A stretch of 64,000 bases of DNA from Eledone cirrhosa (lineage: Eukaryota): the NCBI GenBank assembly GCA_964016885.1, contig OZ024741.1, positions 140,616,001 to 140,680,000 of the forward strand, written 5' to 3'. Position numbers and translations under genes: made by a program. Positions 1 through 12,900 of the stretch are shown here, piece after piece. The number at the start of each line of letters is the position of its first letter. Within the stretch, counting starts at the first letter, position 1. The notes beneath the pieces are model-generated. The model was not told the DNA's origin. It saw nothing but the letters and a program-made list of their open reading frames with translations, and ran no database searches.

Positions 1-71
1 CTTGACGACATAGTCGCATATATGTTATGGAATACTGTTAGCTTCTCGCTAAAACAATTTCTATACCTTTC

Positions 72-106
<35 letters not shown>

Positions 107-116
<10 letters not shown>

Positions 117-488
117 GAAAACGAAATTTCATTTCTCACTCTTAGTATGGCACTTACTTAAATGTAAGTATGCATGTATACGTACATACATATATGTATA
201 CAGACGTACAGTAGCATGCACATATATATATATATATACATATATACATACATATGCATACAGGTACACATACATATATGCACGTATCAGTTTAGCGGCG
301 CTTATTATAACGTCGCTTTGTTCGTTTGTAAACAAACTGAACAGCCTGAATTTATGCCATACGGTGTTAAGGCAACCACGTCACCTTTTTGTTCAACACT
401 GACACAGGAAGGATGTACTAGTTTCAAGCTTGTTAGCTAACATCAGCACCGTTTACCCATCTGCCAGATAGTTGAACGTTCGAAAGTA
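107..488 (-). repeat. Inverted partial copy (~380 bp) of the 472-bp monomer, forming a fold-back with the start of the array
   Basis: 107-419 is the near-exact reverse complement of 485-797 (313-bp arms, ~65-nt spacer). It is preceded by (TA)n at 75-106, and the junction carries an AGTA microhomology at 485-488. Confidence 0.95.
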
Positions 489-841
489 CATCGTTCCTGT
501 GTCAGTGTTGAACAAAAAGGTGACGTGGTTGCCTTAACACCGTATGGCATAAATTCAGGCTGTTCAGTTTGTTTACAAACGAACAAAGCGACGTTATAAT
601 AAGCGCCGCTAAACTGATACGTGCATATATGTATGTGTACCTGTATGCATATGTATGTATATATGTATATATATATATATATGTGCATGCTACTGTACGT
701 CTGTATACATATATGTATGTACGTATACATGCATACTTACATTTAAGTAAGTACCATACTAAGAGTGAGAAATGAAATTTCGTTTTCATTTTGTTTCAAT
801 TTATCGTTTTCGGTATGCCTGACCGATTTAACTCACTCAAT

Positions 842-849
842 ATGCAAAT
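842..849 (+). promoter_or_regulatory. Octamer motif ATGCAAAT, one per monomer, ~80 bp upstream of the hammerhead
   Basis: Exact octamer consensus, retained (as ATTTGCAT, 53171-53178) in the diverged relative. Function is inferred only. Confidence 0.4.
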
Positions 850-922
850 TAGGCTGCTCAGCCGTTAATTTTCATAAGGAAAGTATATACTTTCGAACGT
901 TCAACTATCTGGCAGATGGGTA

Positions 923-967
923 AACGGTGCTGATGATAGCTAACAAGCTTGAAACTAGTACATCGTT
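923..967 (+). ncRNA. Minimal type I hammerhead ribozyme (first of 40 copies, one per monomer); predicted cleavage after A960
   Basis: Stem I is aacggtg(923-929)/catcgtt(961-967). The core CTGATGA is at 930-936. Stem II is agct-aaca-agct closed by a U.U pair. GAAA is at 951-954, followed by a palindromic ACTAGT stem III and a GUA cleavage triplet. This layout matches the minimal hammerheads described for PLEs and metazoan retrozymes. Confidence 0.88.
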
Positions 968-3900
968 CCTGTGTCAGTGTGGAACAAAAAGGTGACGTGG
1001 TTGCCTTAACACCGTATGGCATAAATTCAGGCTGTTCAGTTTGTTTACAAACGAACAAAGCGACGTTATAATAAGCGCCGCTAAACTGATACGTGCATAT
1101 ATGTATGTGTACCTGTATGCATATGTATGTATATATGTATATATATATATATATGTGCATGCTACTGTACGTCTGTATACATATATGTATGTACGTATAC
1201 ATGCATACTTACATTTAAGTAAGTGCCATACTAAGAGTGAGAAATGAAATTTCGTTTTCATTTTGTTTCAATTTATCGTTTTCGGTATGCCTGACCGATT
1301 TAACTCACTCAATATGCAAATTAGGCTGCTCAGCCGTTAATTTTCATAAGGAAAGTATATACTTTCGAACGTTCAACTATCTGGCAGATGGGTAAACGGT
1401 GCTGATGATAGCTAACAAGCTTGAAACTAGTACATCGTTCCTGTGTCAGTGTTGAACAAAAAGGTGACGTGGTTGCCTTAACACCGTATGGCATAAATTC
1501 AGGCTGTTCAGTTTGTTTACAAACGAACAAAGCGACGTTATAATAAGCGCCGCTAAACTGATACGTGCATATATGTATGTGTACCTGTATGCATATGTAT
1601 GTATATATGTATATATATATATATGTGCATGCTACTGTACGTCTGTATACATATATGTATGTACGTATACATGCATACTTACATTTAAGTAAGTACCATA
1701 CTAAGAGTGAGAAATGAAATTTCGTTTTCATTTTGTTTCAATTTATCGTTTTCGGTATGCCTGACCGATTTAACTCACTCAATATGCAAATTAGGCTGCT
1801 CAGCCGTTAATTTTCATAAGGAAAGTATATACTTTTGAACGTTCAACTATCTGGCAGATGGGTAAACGGTGCTGATGATAGCTAACAAGCTTGAAACTAG
1901 TACATCGTTCCTGTGTCAGTGTTGAACAAAAAGGTGACGTGGTTGCCTTAACACCGTATGGCATAAATTCAGGCTGTTCAGTTTGTTTACAAACGAACAA
2001 AGCGACGTTATAATAAGCGCCGCTAAACTGATACGTGCATATATGTATGTGTACCTGTATGCATATGTATGTATATATGTATATATATATATATATGTGC
2101 ATGCTACTGTACGTCTGTATACATATATGTATGTACGTATACATGCATACTTACATTTAAGTAAGTGCCATACTAAGAGTGAGAAATGAAATTTCGTTTT
2201 CATTTTGTTTCAATTTATCGTTTTCGGTATGCCTGACCGATTTAACTCACTCAGTATGCAAATTAGGCTGCTCAGCCGTTAATTTTCATAAGGAAAGTAT
2301 ATACTTTCGAACGTTCAACTATCTGGCAGATGGGTAAACGGTGCTGATGATAGCTAACAAGCTTGAAACTAGTACATCGTTCCTGTGTCAGTGTTGAACA
2401 AAAAGGTGACGTGGTTGCCTTAACACCGTATGGCATAAATTCAGGCTGTTCAGTTTGTTTACAAACGAACAAAGCGACGTTATAATAAGCGCCGCTAAAC
2501 TGATACGTGCATATATGTATGTGTACCTGTATGCATATGTATGTATATATGTATATATATATATATATGTGCATGCTACTGTACGTCTGTATACATATAT
2601 GTATGTACGTATACATGCATACTTACATTTAAGTAAGTGCCATACTAAGAGTGAGAAATGAAATTTCGTTTTCATTTTGTTTCAATTTATCGTTTTCGGT
2701 ATGCCTGACCGATTTAACTCACTCAATATGCAAATTAGGCTGCTCAGCCGTTAATTTTCATAAGGAAAGTATATACTTTCGAACGTTCAACTATCTGGCA
2801 GATGCGTAAACGGTGCTGATGATAGCTAACAAGCTTGAAACTAGTACATCGTTCCTGTGTCAGTGTTGAACAAAAAGGTGACGTGGTTGCCTTAACACCG
2901 TATGGCATATATTCAGGCTGTTCAGTTTGTTTACAAACGAACAAAGCGACGTTATAATAAGCGCCGCTAAACTGATACGTGCATATATGTATGTGTACCT
3001 GTATGCATATGTATGTATATATGTATATATATATATATATGTGCATGCTACTGTACGTCTGTATACATATATGTATGTACGTATACATGCATACTTACAT
3101 TTAAGTAAGTGCCATACTAAGAGTGAGAAATGAAATTTCGTTTTCATTTTGTTTCAATTTATCGTTTTCGGTATGCCTGACCGATTTAACTCACTCAATA
3201 TGCAAATTAGGCTGCTCAGCCGTTAATTTTCATAAGGAAAGTATATACTTTCGAACGTTCAACTATCTGGCAGATGGGTAAACGGTGCTGATGATAGCTA
3301 ACAAGCTTGAAACTAGTACATCGTTCCTGTGTCAGTGTTGAACAAAAAGGTGACGTGGTTGCCTTAACACCGTATGGCATAAATTCAGGCTGTTCAGTTT
3401 GTTTACAAACGAACAAAGCGACGTTATAATAAGCGCCGCTAAACTGATACGTGCATATATGTATGTGTACCTGTATGCATATGTATGTATATATGTATAT
3501 ATATATATATGTGCATGCTACTGTACGTCTGTATACATATATGTATGTACGTATACATGCATACTTACATTTAAGTAAGTACCATACTAAGAGTGAGAAA
3601 TGAAATTTCGTTTTCATTTTGTTTCAATTTATCGTTTTCGGTATGCCTGACCGATTTAACTCACTCAATATGCAAATTAGGCTGCTCAGCCGTTAATTTT
3701 CATAAGGAAAGTATATACTTTCGAACGTTCAACTATCTGGCAGATGGGTAAACGGTGCTGATGATAGCTAACAAGCTTGAAACTAGTACATCGTTCCTGT
3801 GTCAGTGTTGAACAAAAAGGTGACGTGGTTGCCTTAACACCGTATGGCATAAATTCAGGCTGTTCAGTTTGTTTACAAACGAACAAAGCGACGTTATAAT

Positions 3901-6900
3901 AAGCGCCGCTAAACTGATACGTGCATATATGTATGTGTACCTGTATGCATATGTATGTATATATGTATATATATATATATATGTGCATGCTACTGTACGT
4001 ATGTATACATATATGTATGTACGTATACATGCATACTTACATTTAAGTAAGTGCCATACTAAGAGTGAGAAATGAAATTTCGTTTTCATTTTGTTTCAAT
4101 TTATCGTTTTCGGTATGCCTGACCGATTTAACTCACTCAATATGCAAATTAGGCTGCTCAGCCGTTAATTTTCATAAGGAAAGTATATACTTTCGAACGT
4201 TCAACTATCTGGCAGATGGGTAAACGGTGCTGATGATAGCTAACAAGCTTGAAACTAGTACATCGTTCCTGTGTCAGTGTTGAACAAAAAGGTGACGTGG
4301 TTGCCTTAACACCGTATGGCATAAATTCAGGCTGTTCAGTTTGTTTACAAACGAACAAAGCGACGTTATAATAAGCGCCGCTAAACTGATACGTGCATAT
4401 ATGTATGTGTACCTGTATGCATATGTATGTATATATGTATATATATATATATGTGCATGCTACTGTACGTCTGTATACATATATGTATGTACGTATACAT
4501 GCATACTTACATTTAAGTAAGTGCCATACTAAGAGTGAGAAATGAAATTTCGTTTTCATTTTGTTTCAATTTATCGTTTTCGGTATGCCTGACCGATTTA
4601 ACTCACTCAATATGCAAATTAGGCTGCTCAGCCGTTAATTTTCATAAGGAAAGTATATACTTTCGAACGTTCAACTATCTGGCAGATGGGTAAACGGTGC
4701 TGATGATAGCTAACAAGCTTGAAACTAGTACATCGTTCCTGTGTCAGTGTTGAACAAAAAGGTGACGTGGTTGCCTTAACACCGTATGGCATAAATTCAG
4801 GCTGTTCAGTTTGTTTACAAACGAACAAAGCGACGTTATAATAAGCGCCGCTAAACTGATACGTGCATATATGTATGTGTACCTGTATGCATATGTATGT
4901 ATATATGTATATATATATATATATGTGCATGCTACTGTACGTCTGTATACATATATGTATGTACGTATACATGCATACTTACATTTAAGTAAGTGCCATA
5001 CTAAGAGTGAGAAATGAAATTTCGTTTTCATTTTGTTTCAATTTATCGTTTTCGGTATGCCTGACCGATTTAACTCACTCAATATGCAAATTAGGCTGCT
5101 CAGCCGTTAATTTTCATAAGGAAATTATATACTTTCGAACGTTCAACTATCTGGCAGATGGGTAAACGGTGCTGATGATAGCTAACAAGCTTGAAACTAG
5201 TACATCGTTCCTGTGTCAGTGTTGAACAAAAAGGTGACGTGGTTGCCTTAACACCGTATGGCATAAATTCAGGCTGTTCAGTTTGTTTACAAACGAACAA
5301 AGCGACGTTATAATAAGCGCCGCTAAACTGATACGTGCATATATGTATGTGTACCTGTATGCATATGTATGTATATATGTATATATATATATATATGTGC
5401 ATGCTACTGTACGTCTGTATACATATATGTATGTACGTATACATGCATACTTACATTTAAGTAAGTGCCATACTAAGAGTGAGAAATGAAATTTCGTTTT
5501 CATTTTGTTTCAATTTATCGTTTTCGGTATGCCTGACCGATTTAACTCACTCAATATGCAAATTAGGCTGCTCAGCCGTTAATTTTCATAAGGAAAGTAT
5601 ATACTTTCGAACGTTCAACTATCTGGCAGATGGGTAAACGGTGCTGATGATAGCTAACAAGCTTGAAACTAGTACATCGTTCCTGTGTCAGTGTTGAACA
5701 AAAAGGTGACGTGGTTGCCTTAACACCGTATGGCATAAATTCAGGCTGTTCAGTTTGTTTACAAACGAACAAAGCGACGTTATAATAAGCGCCGCTAAAC
5801 TGATACGTGCATATATGTATGTGTACCTGTATGCATATGTATGTATATATGTATATATATATATATATGTGCATGCTACTGTACGTCTGTATACATATAT
5901 GTATGTACGTATACATGCATACTTACATTTAAGTAAGTGCCATACTAAGAGTGAGAAATGAAATTTCGTTTTCATTTTGTTTCAATTTATCGTTTTCGGT
6001 ATGCCTGACCGATTTAACTCACTCAATATGCAAATTAGGCTGCTCAGCCGTTAATTTTCATAAGGAAAGTATATACTTTCGAACGTTCAACTATCTGGCA
6101 GATGGGTAAACGGTGCTGATGATAGCTAACAAGCTTGAAACTAGTACATCGTTCCTGTGTCAGTGTTGAACAAAAAGGTGACGTGGTTGCCTTAACACCG
6201 TATGGCATAAATTCAGGCTGTTCAGTTTGTTTACAAACGAACAAAGCGACGTTATAATAAGCGCCGCTAAACTGATACGTGCATATATGTATGTGTACCT
6301 GTATGCATATGTATGTATATATGTATATATATATATATATGTGCATGCTACTGTACGTCTGTATACATATATGTATGTACGTATACATGCATACTTACAT
6401 TTAAGTAAGTGCCATACTAAGAGTGAGAAATGAAATTTCGTTTTCATTTTGTTTCAATTTATCGTTTTCGGTATGCCTGACCGATTTAACTCACTCAATA
6501 TGCAAATTAGGCTGCTCAGCCGTTAATTTTCATAAGGAAAGTATATACTTTCGAACGTTCAACTATCTGGCAGATGGGTAAACGGTGCTGATGATAGCTA
6601 ACAAGCTTGAAACTAGTACATCGTTCCTGTGTCAGTGTTGAACAAAAAGGTGACGTGGTTGCCTTAACACCGTATGGCATAAATTCAGGCTGTTCAGTTT
6701 GTTTACAAACGAACAAAGCGACGTTATAATAAGCGCCGCTAAACTGATACGTGCATATATGTATGTGTACCTGTATGCATATGTATGTATATATGTATAT
6801 ATATATATATGTGCATGCTACTGTACGTCTGTATACATATATGTATGTACGTATACATGCATACTTACATTTAAGTAAGTACCATACTAAGAGTGAGAAA

Positions 6901-9900
6901 TGAAATTTCGTTTTCATTTTGTTTCAATTTATCGTTTTCGGTATGCCTGACCGATGTAACTCACTCAATATGCAAATTAGGCTGCTCAGCCGTTAATTTT
7001 CATAAGGAAAGTATATACTTTCGAACGTTCAACTATCTGGCAGATGGGTAAACGGTGCTGATGATAGCTAACAAGCTTGAAACTAGTACATCGTTCCTGT
7101 GTCAGTGTTGAACAAAAAGGTGACGTGGTTGCCTTAACACCGTATGGCATAAATTCAGGCTGTTCAGTTTGTTTACAAACGAACAAAGCGACGTTATAAT
7201 AAGCGCCGCTAAACTGATACGTGCATATATGTATGTGTACCTGTATGCATATGTATGTATATATGTATATATATATATATATATATGTGCATGCTACTGT
7301 ACGTCTGTATACATATATGTATGTACGTATACATGCATACTTACATTTAAGTAAGTGCCATACTAAGAGTGAGAAATGAAATTTCGTTTTCATTTTGTTT
7401 CAATTTATCGTTTTCGGTATGCCTGACCGATTTAACTCACTCAATATGCAAATTAGGCTGCTCAGCCGTTAATTTTCATAAGGAAAGTATATACTTTCGA
7501 ACGTTCAACTATCTGGCAGATGGGTAAACGGTGCTGATGATAGCTAACAAGCTTGAAACTAGTACATCTTTCCTGTGTCAGTGTTGAACAAAAAGGTGAC
7601 GTGGTTGCCTTAACACCGTATGGCATAAATTCAGGCTGTTCAGTTTGTTTACAAACGAACAAAGCGACGTTATAATAAGCGCCGCTAAACTGATACGTGC
7701 ATATATGTATGTGTACCTGTATGCATATGTATGTATATATGTATATATATATATATATGTGCATGCTACTGTACGTCTGTATACATATATGTATGTACGT
7801 ATACATGCATACTTACATTTAAGTAAGTGCCATACTAAGAGTGAGAAATGAAATTTCGTTTTCGTTTTGTTTCAATTTATCGTTTTCGGTATGCCTGACC
7901 GATTTAACTCACTCAATATGCAAATTAGGCTGCTCAGCCGTTAATTTTCATAAGGAAAGTATATACTTTCGAACGTTCAACTATCTGGCAGATGGGTAAA
8001 CGGTGCTGATGATAGCTAACAAGCTTGAAACTAGTACATCGTTCCTGTGTCAGTGTTGAACAAAAAGGTGACGTGGTTGCCTTAACACCGTATGGCATAA
8101 ATTCAGGCTGTTCAGTTTGTTTACAAACGAACAAAGCGACGTTATAATAAGCGCCGCTAAACTGATACGTGCATATATGTATGTGTACCTGTATGCATAT
8201 GTATGTATATATGTATATATATATATATGTGCATGCTACTGTACGTCTGTATACATATATGTATGTACGTATACATGCATACTTACATTTAAGTAAGTAC
8301 CATACTAAGAGTGAGAAATGAAATTTCGTTTTCATTTTGTTTCAATTTATCGTTTTCGGTATGCCTGACCGATTTAACTCACTCAATATGCAAATTAGGC
8401 TGCTCAGCCGTTAATTTTCATAAGGAAAGTATATACTTTCGAACGTTCAACTATCTGGCAGATGGGTAAACGGTGCTGATGATAGCTAACAAGCTTGAAA
8501 CTAGTACATCGTTCCTGTGTCAGTGTTGAACAAAAAGGTGACGTGGTTGCCTTAACACCGTATGGCATAAATTCAGGCTGTTCAGTTTGTTTACAAACGA
8601 ACAAAGCGACGTTATAATAAGCGCCGCTAAACTGATACGTGCATATATGTATGTGTACCTGTATGCATATGTATGTATATATGTATATATATATATATAT
8701 GTGCATGCTACTGTACGTCTGTATACATATATGTATGTACGTATACATGCATACTTACATTTAAGTAAGTGCCATACTAAGAGTGAGAAATGAAATTTCG
8801 TTTTCATTTTGTTTCAATTTATCGTTTTCGGTATGCCTGACCGATTTAACTCACTCAATATGCAAATTAGGCTGCTCAGCCGTTAATTTTCATAAGGAAA
8901 GTATATACTTTCGAACGTTCAACTATCTGGCAGATGGGTAAACGGTGCTGATGATAGCTAACAAGCTTGAAACTAGTACATCGTTCCTGTGTCAGTGTTG
9001 AACAAAAAGGTGACGTGGTTGCCTTAACACCGTATGGCATAAATTCAGGCTGTTCAGTTTGTTTACAAACGAACAAAGCGACGTTATAATAAGCGCCGCT
9101 AAACTGATACGTGCATATATGTATGTGTACCTGTATGCATATGTATGTATATATGTATATATATATATATATGTGCATGCTACTGTACGTCTGTATACAT
9201 ATATGTATGTACGTATACATGCATACTTACATTTAAGTAAGTGCCATACTAAGAGTGAGAAATGAAATTTCGTTTTCATTTTGTTTCAATTTATCGTTTT
9301 CGGTATGCCTGACCGATTTAACTCACTCAATATGCAAATTAGGCTGCTCAGCCGTTAATTTTCATAAGGAAAGTATATACTTTCGAACGTTCAACTATCT
9401 GGCAGATGGGTAAACGGTGCTGATGATAGCTAACAAGCTTGAAACTAGTACATCGTTCCTGTGTCAGTGTTGAACAAAAAGGTGACGTGGTTGCCTTAAC
9501 ACCGTATGGCATAAATTCAGGCTGTTCAGTTTGTTTACAAACGAACAAAGCGACGTTATAATAAGCGCCGCTAAACTGATACGTGCATATATGTATGTGT
9601 ACCTGTATGCATATGTATGTATATATGTATATATATATATATATGTGCATGCTACTGTACGTCTGTATACATATATGTATGTACGTATACATGCATACTT
9701 ACATTTAAGTAAGTGCCATACTAAGAGTGAGAAATGAAATTTCGTTTTCATTTTGTTTCAATTTATCGTTTTCGGTATGCCTGACCGATTTAACTCACTC
9801 AATATGCAAATTAGGCTGCTCAGCCGTTAATTTTCATAAGGAAAGTATATACTTTCGAACGTTCAACTATCTGGCAGATGGGTAAACGGTGCTGATGATA

Positions 9901-12900
9901 GCTAACAAGCTTGAAACTAGTACATCGTTCCTGTGTCAGTGTTGAACAAAAAGGTGACGTGGTTGCCTTAACACCGTATGGCATAAATTCAGGCTGTTCA
10001 GTTTGTTTACAAACGAACAAAGCGACGTTATAATAAGCGCCGCTAAACTGATACGTGCATATATGTATGTGTACCTGTATGCATATGTATGTATATATGT
10101 ATATATATATATATATATGTGCATGCTACTGTACGTCTGTATACATATATGTATGTACGTATACATGCATACTTACATTTAAGTAAGTGCCATACTAAGA
10201 GTGAGAAATGAAATTTCGTTTTCATTTTGTTTCAATTTATCGTTTTCGGTATGCCTGACCGATTTAACTCACTCAATATGCAAATTAGGCTGCTCAACCG
10301 TTAATTTTCATAAGGAAAGTATATACTTTCGAACGTTCAACTATCTGGCAGATGGGTAAACGGTGCTGATGATAGCTAACAAGCTTGAAACTAGTACATC
10401 GTTCCTGTGTCAGTGTTGAACAAAAAGGTGACGTGGTTGCCTTAACACCGTATGGCATAAATTCAGGCTGTTCAGTTTGTTTACAAACGAACAAAGCGAC
10501 GTTATAATAAGCGCCGCTAAACTGATACGTGCATATATGTATGTGTACCTGTATGCATATGTATGTATATATGTATATATATATATATATGTGCATGCTA
10601 CTGTACGTCTGTATACATATATGTATGTACGTATACATGCATACTTACATTTAAGTAAGTGCCATACTAAGAGTGAGAAATGAAATTTCGTTTTCATTTT
10701 GTTTCAATTTATCGTTTTCGGTATGCCTGACCGATTTAACTCACTCAATATGCAAATTAGGCTGCTCAGCCGTTAATTTTCATAAGGAAAGTATATACTT
10801 TCGAACGTTCAAATATCTGGCAGATGGGTAAACGGTGCTGATGATAGCTAACAAGCTTGAAACTAGTACATCGTTCCTGTGTCAGTGTTGAACAAAAAGG
10901 TGACGTGGTTGCCTTAACACCGTATGGCATAAATTCAGGCTGTTCAGTTTGTTTACAAACGAACAAAGCGACGTTATAATAAGCGCCGCTAAACTGATAC
11001 GTGCATATATGTATGTGTACCTGTATGCATATGTATGTATATATGTATATATATATATATATATGTGCATGCTACTGTACGTCTGTATACATATATGTAT
11101 GTACGTATACATGCATACTTACATTTAAGTAAGTGCCATACTAAGAGTGAGAAATGAAATTTCGTTTTCATTTTGTTTCAATTTATCGTTTTCGGTATGC
11201 CTGACCGATTTAACTCACTCAATATGCAAATTAGGCTGCTCAGCCGTTAATTTTCATAAGGAAAGTATATACTTTCGAACGTTCAACTATCTGGCAGATG
11301 GGTAAACGGTGCTGATGATAGCTAACAAGCTTGAAACTAGTACATCGTTCCTGTGTCAGTGTTGAACAAAAAGGTGACGTGGTTGCCTTAACACCGTATG
11401 GCATAAATTCAGGCTGTTCAGTTTGTTTACAAACGAACAAAGCGACGTTATAATAAGCGCCGCTAAACTGATACGTGCATATATGTATGTGTACCTGTAT
11501 GCATATGTATGTATATATATATATATATGTGCATGCTACTGTACGTCTGTATACATATATGTATGTACGTATACATGCATACTTACATTTAAGTAAGTGC
11601 CATACTAAGAGTGAGAAATGAAATTTCGTTTTCATTTTGTTTCAATTTATCGTTTTCGGTATGCCTGACCGATTTAACTCACTCAATATGCAAATTAGGC
11701 TGCTCAGCCGTTAATTTTCATAAGGAAAGTATATACTTTCGAACGTTCAACTATCTGGCAGATGGGTAAACGGTGCTGATGATAGCTAACAAGCTTGAAA
11801 CTAGTACATCGTTCCTGTGTCAGTGTTGAACAAAAAGGTGACGTGGTTGCCTTAACACCGTATGGCATAAATTCAGGCTGTTCAGTTTGTTTACAAACGA
11901 ACAAAGCGACGTTATAATAAGCGCCGCTAAACTGATACGTGCATATATGTATGTGTACCTGTATGCATATGTATGTATATATGTATATATATATATATAT
12001 GTGCATGCTACTGTACGTCTGTATACATATATGTATGTACGTATACATGCATACTTACATTTAAGTAAGTGACATACTAAGAGTGAGAAATGAAATTTCG
12101 TTTTCATTTTGTTTCAATTTATCGTTTTCGGTATGCCTGACCGATTTAACTCACTCAATATGCAAATTAGGCTGCTCAGCCGTTAATTTTCATAAGGAAA
12201 GTATATACTTTCGAACGTTCAACTATCTGGCAGATGGGTAAACGGTGCTGATGATAGCTAACAAGCTTGAAACTAGTACATCGTTCCTGTGTCAGTGTTG
12301 AACAAAAAGGTGACGTGGTTGCCTTAACACCGTATGGCATAAATTCAGGCTGTTCAGTTTGTTTACAAACGAACAAAGCGACGTTATAATAAGCGCCGCT
12401 AAACTGATACGTGCATATATGTATGTGTACCTGTATGCATATGTATGTATATATGTATATATATATATATATATGTGCATGCTACTGTACGTCTGTATAC
12501 ATATATGTATGTACGTATACATGCATACTTACATTTAAGTAAGTGCCATACTAAGAGTGAGAAATGAAATTTCGTTTTCATTTTGTTTCAATTTATCGTT
12601 TTCGGTATGCCTGACCGATTTAACTCACTCAATATGCAAATTAGGCTGCTCAGCCGTTAATTTTCATAAGGAAAGTATATACTTTCGAACGTTCAACTAT
12701 CTGGCAGATGGGTAAACGGTGCTGATGATAGCTAACAAGCTTGAAACTAGTACATCGTTCCTGTGTCAGTGTTGAACAAAAAGGTGACGTGGTTGCCTTA
12801 ACACCGTATGGCATAAATTCAGGCTGTTCAGTTTGTTTACAAACGAACAAAGCGACGTTATAATAAGCGCCGCTAAACTGATACGTGCATATATGTATGT

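Noticed and set aside
733-752. ATACTTAC matches the U1 snRNA 5' end; GTAAGT is present on both strands
   Set aside because: The match stops after 8 nt (no CTGG, no U1 stems or Sm site) and is not kept in the diverged relative.
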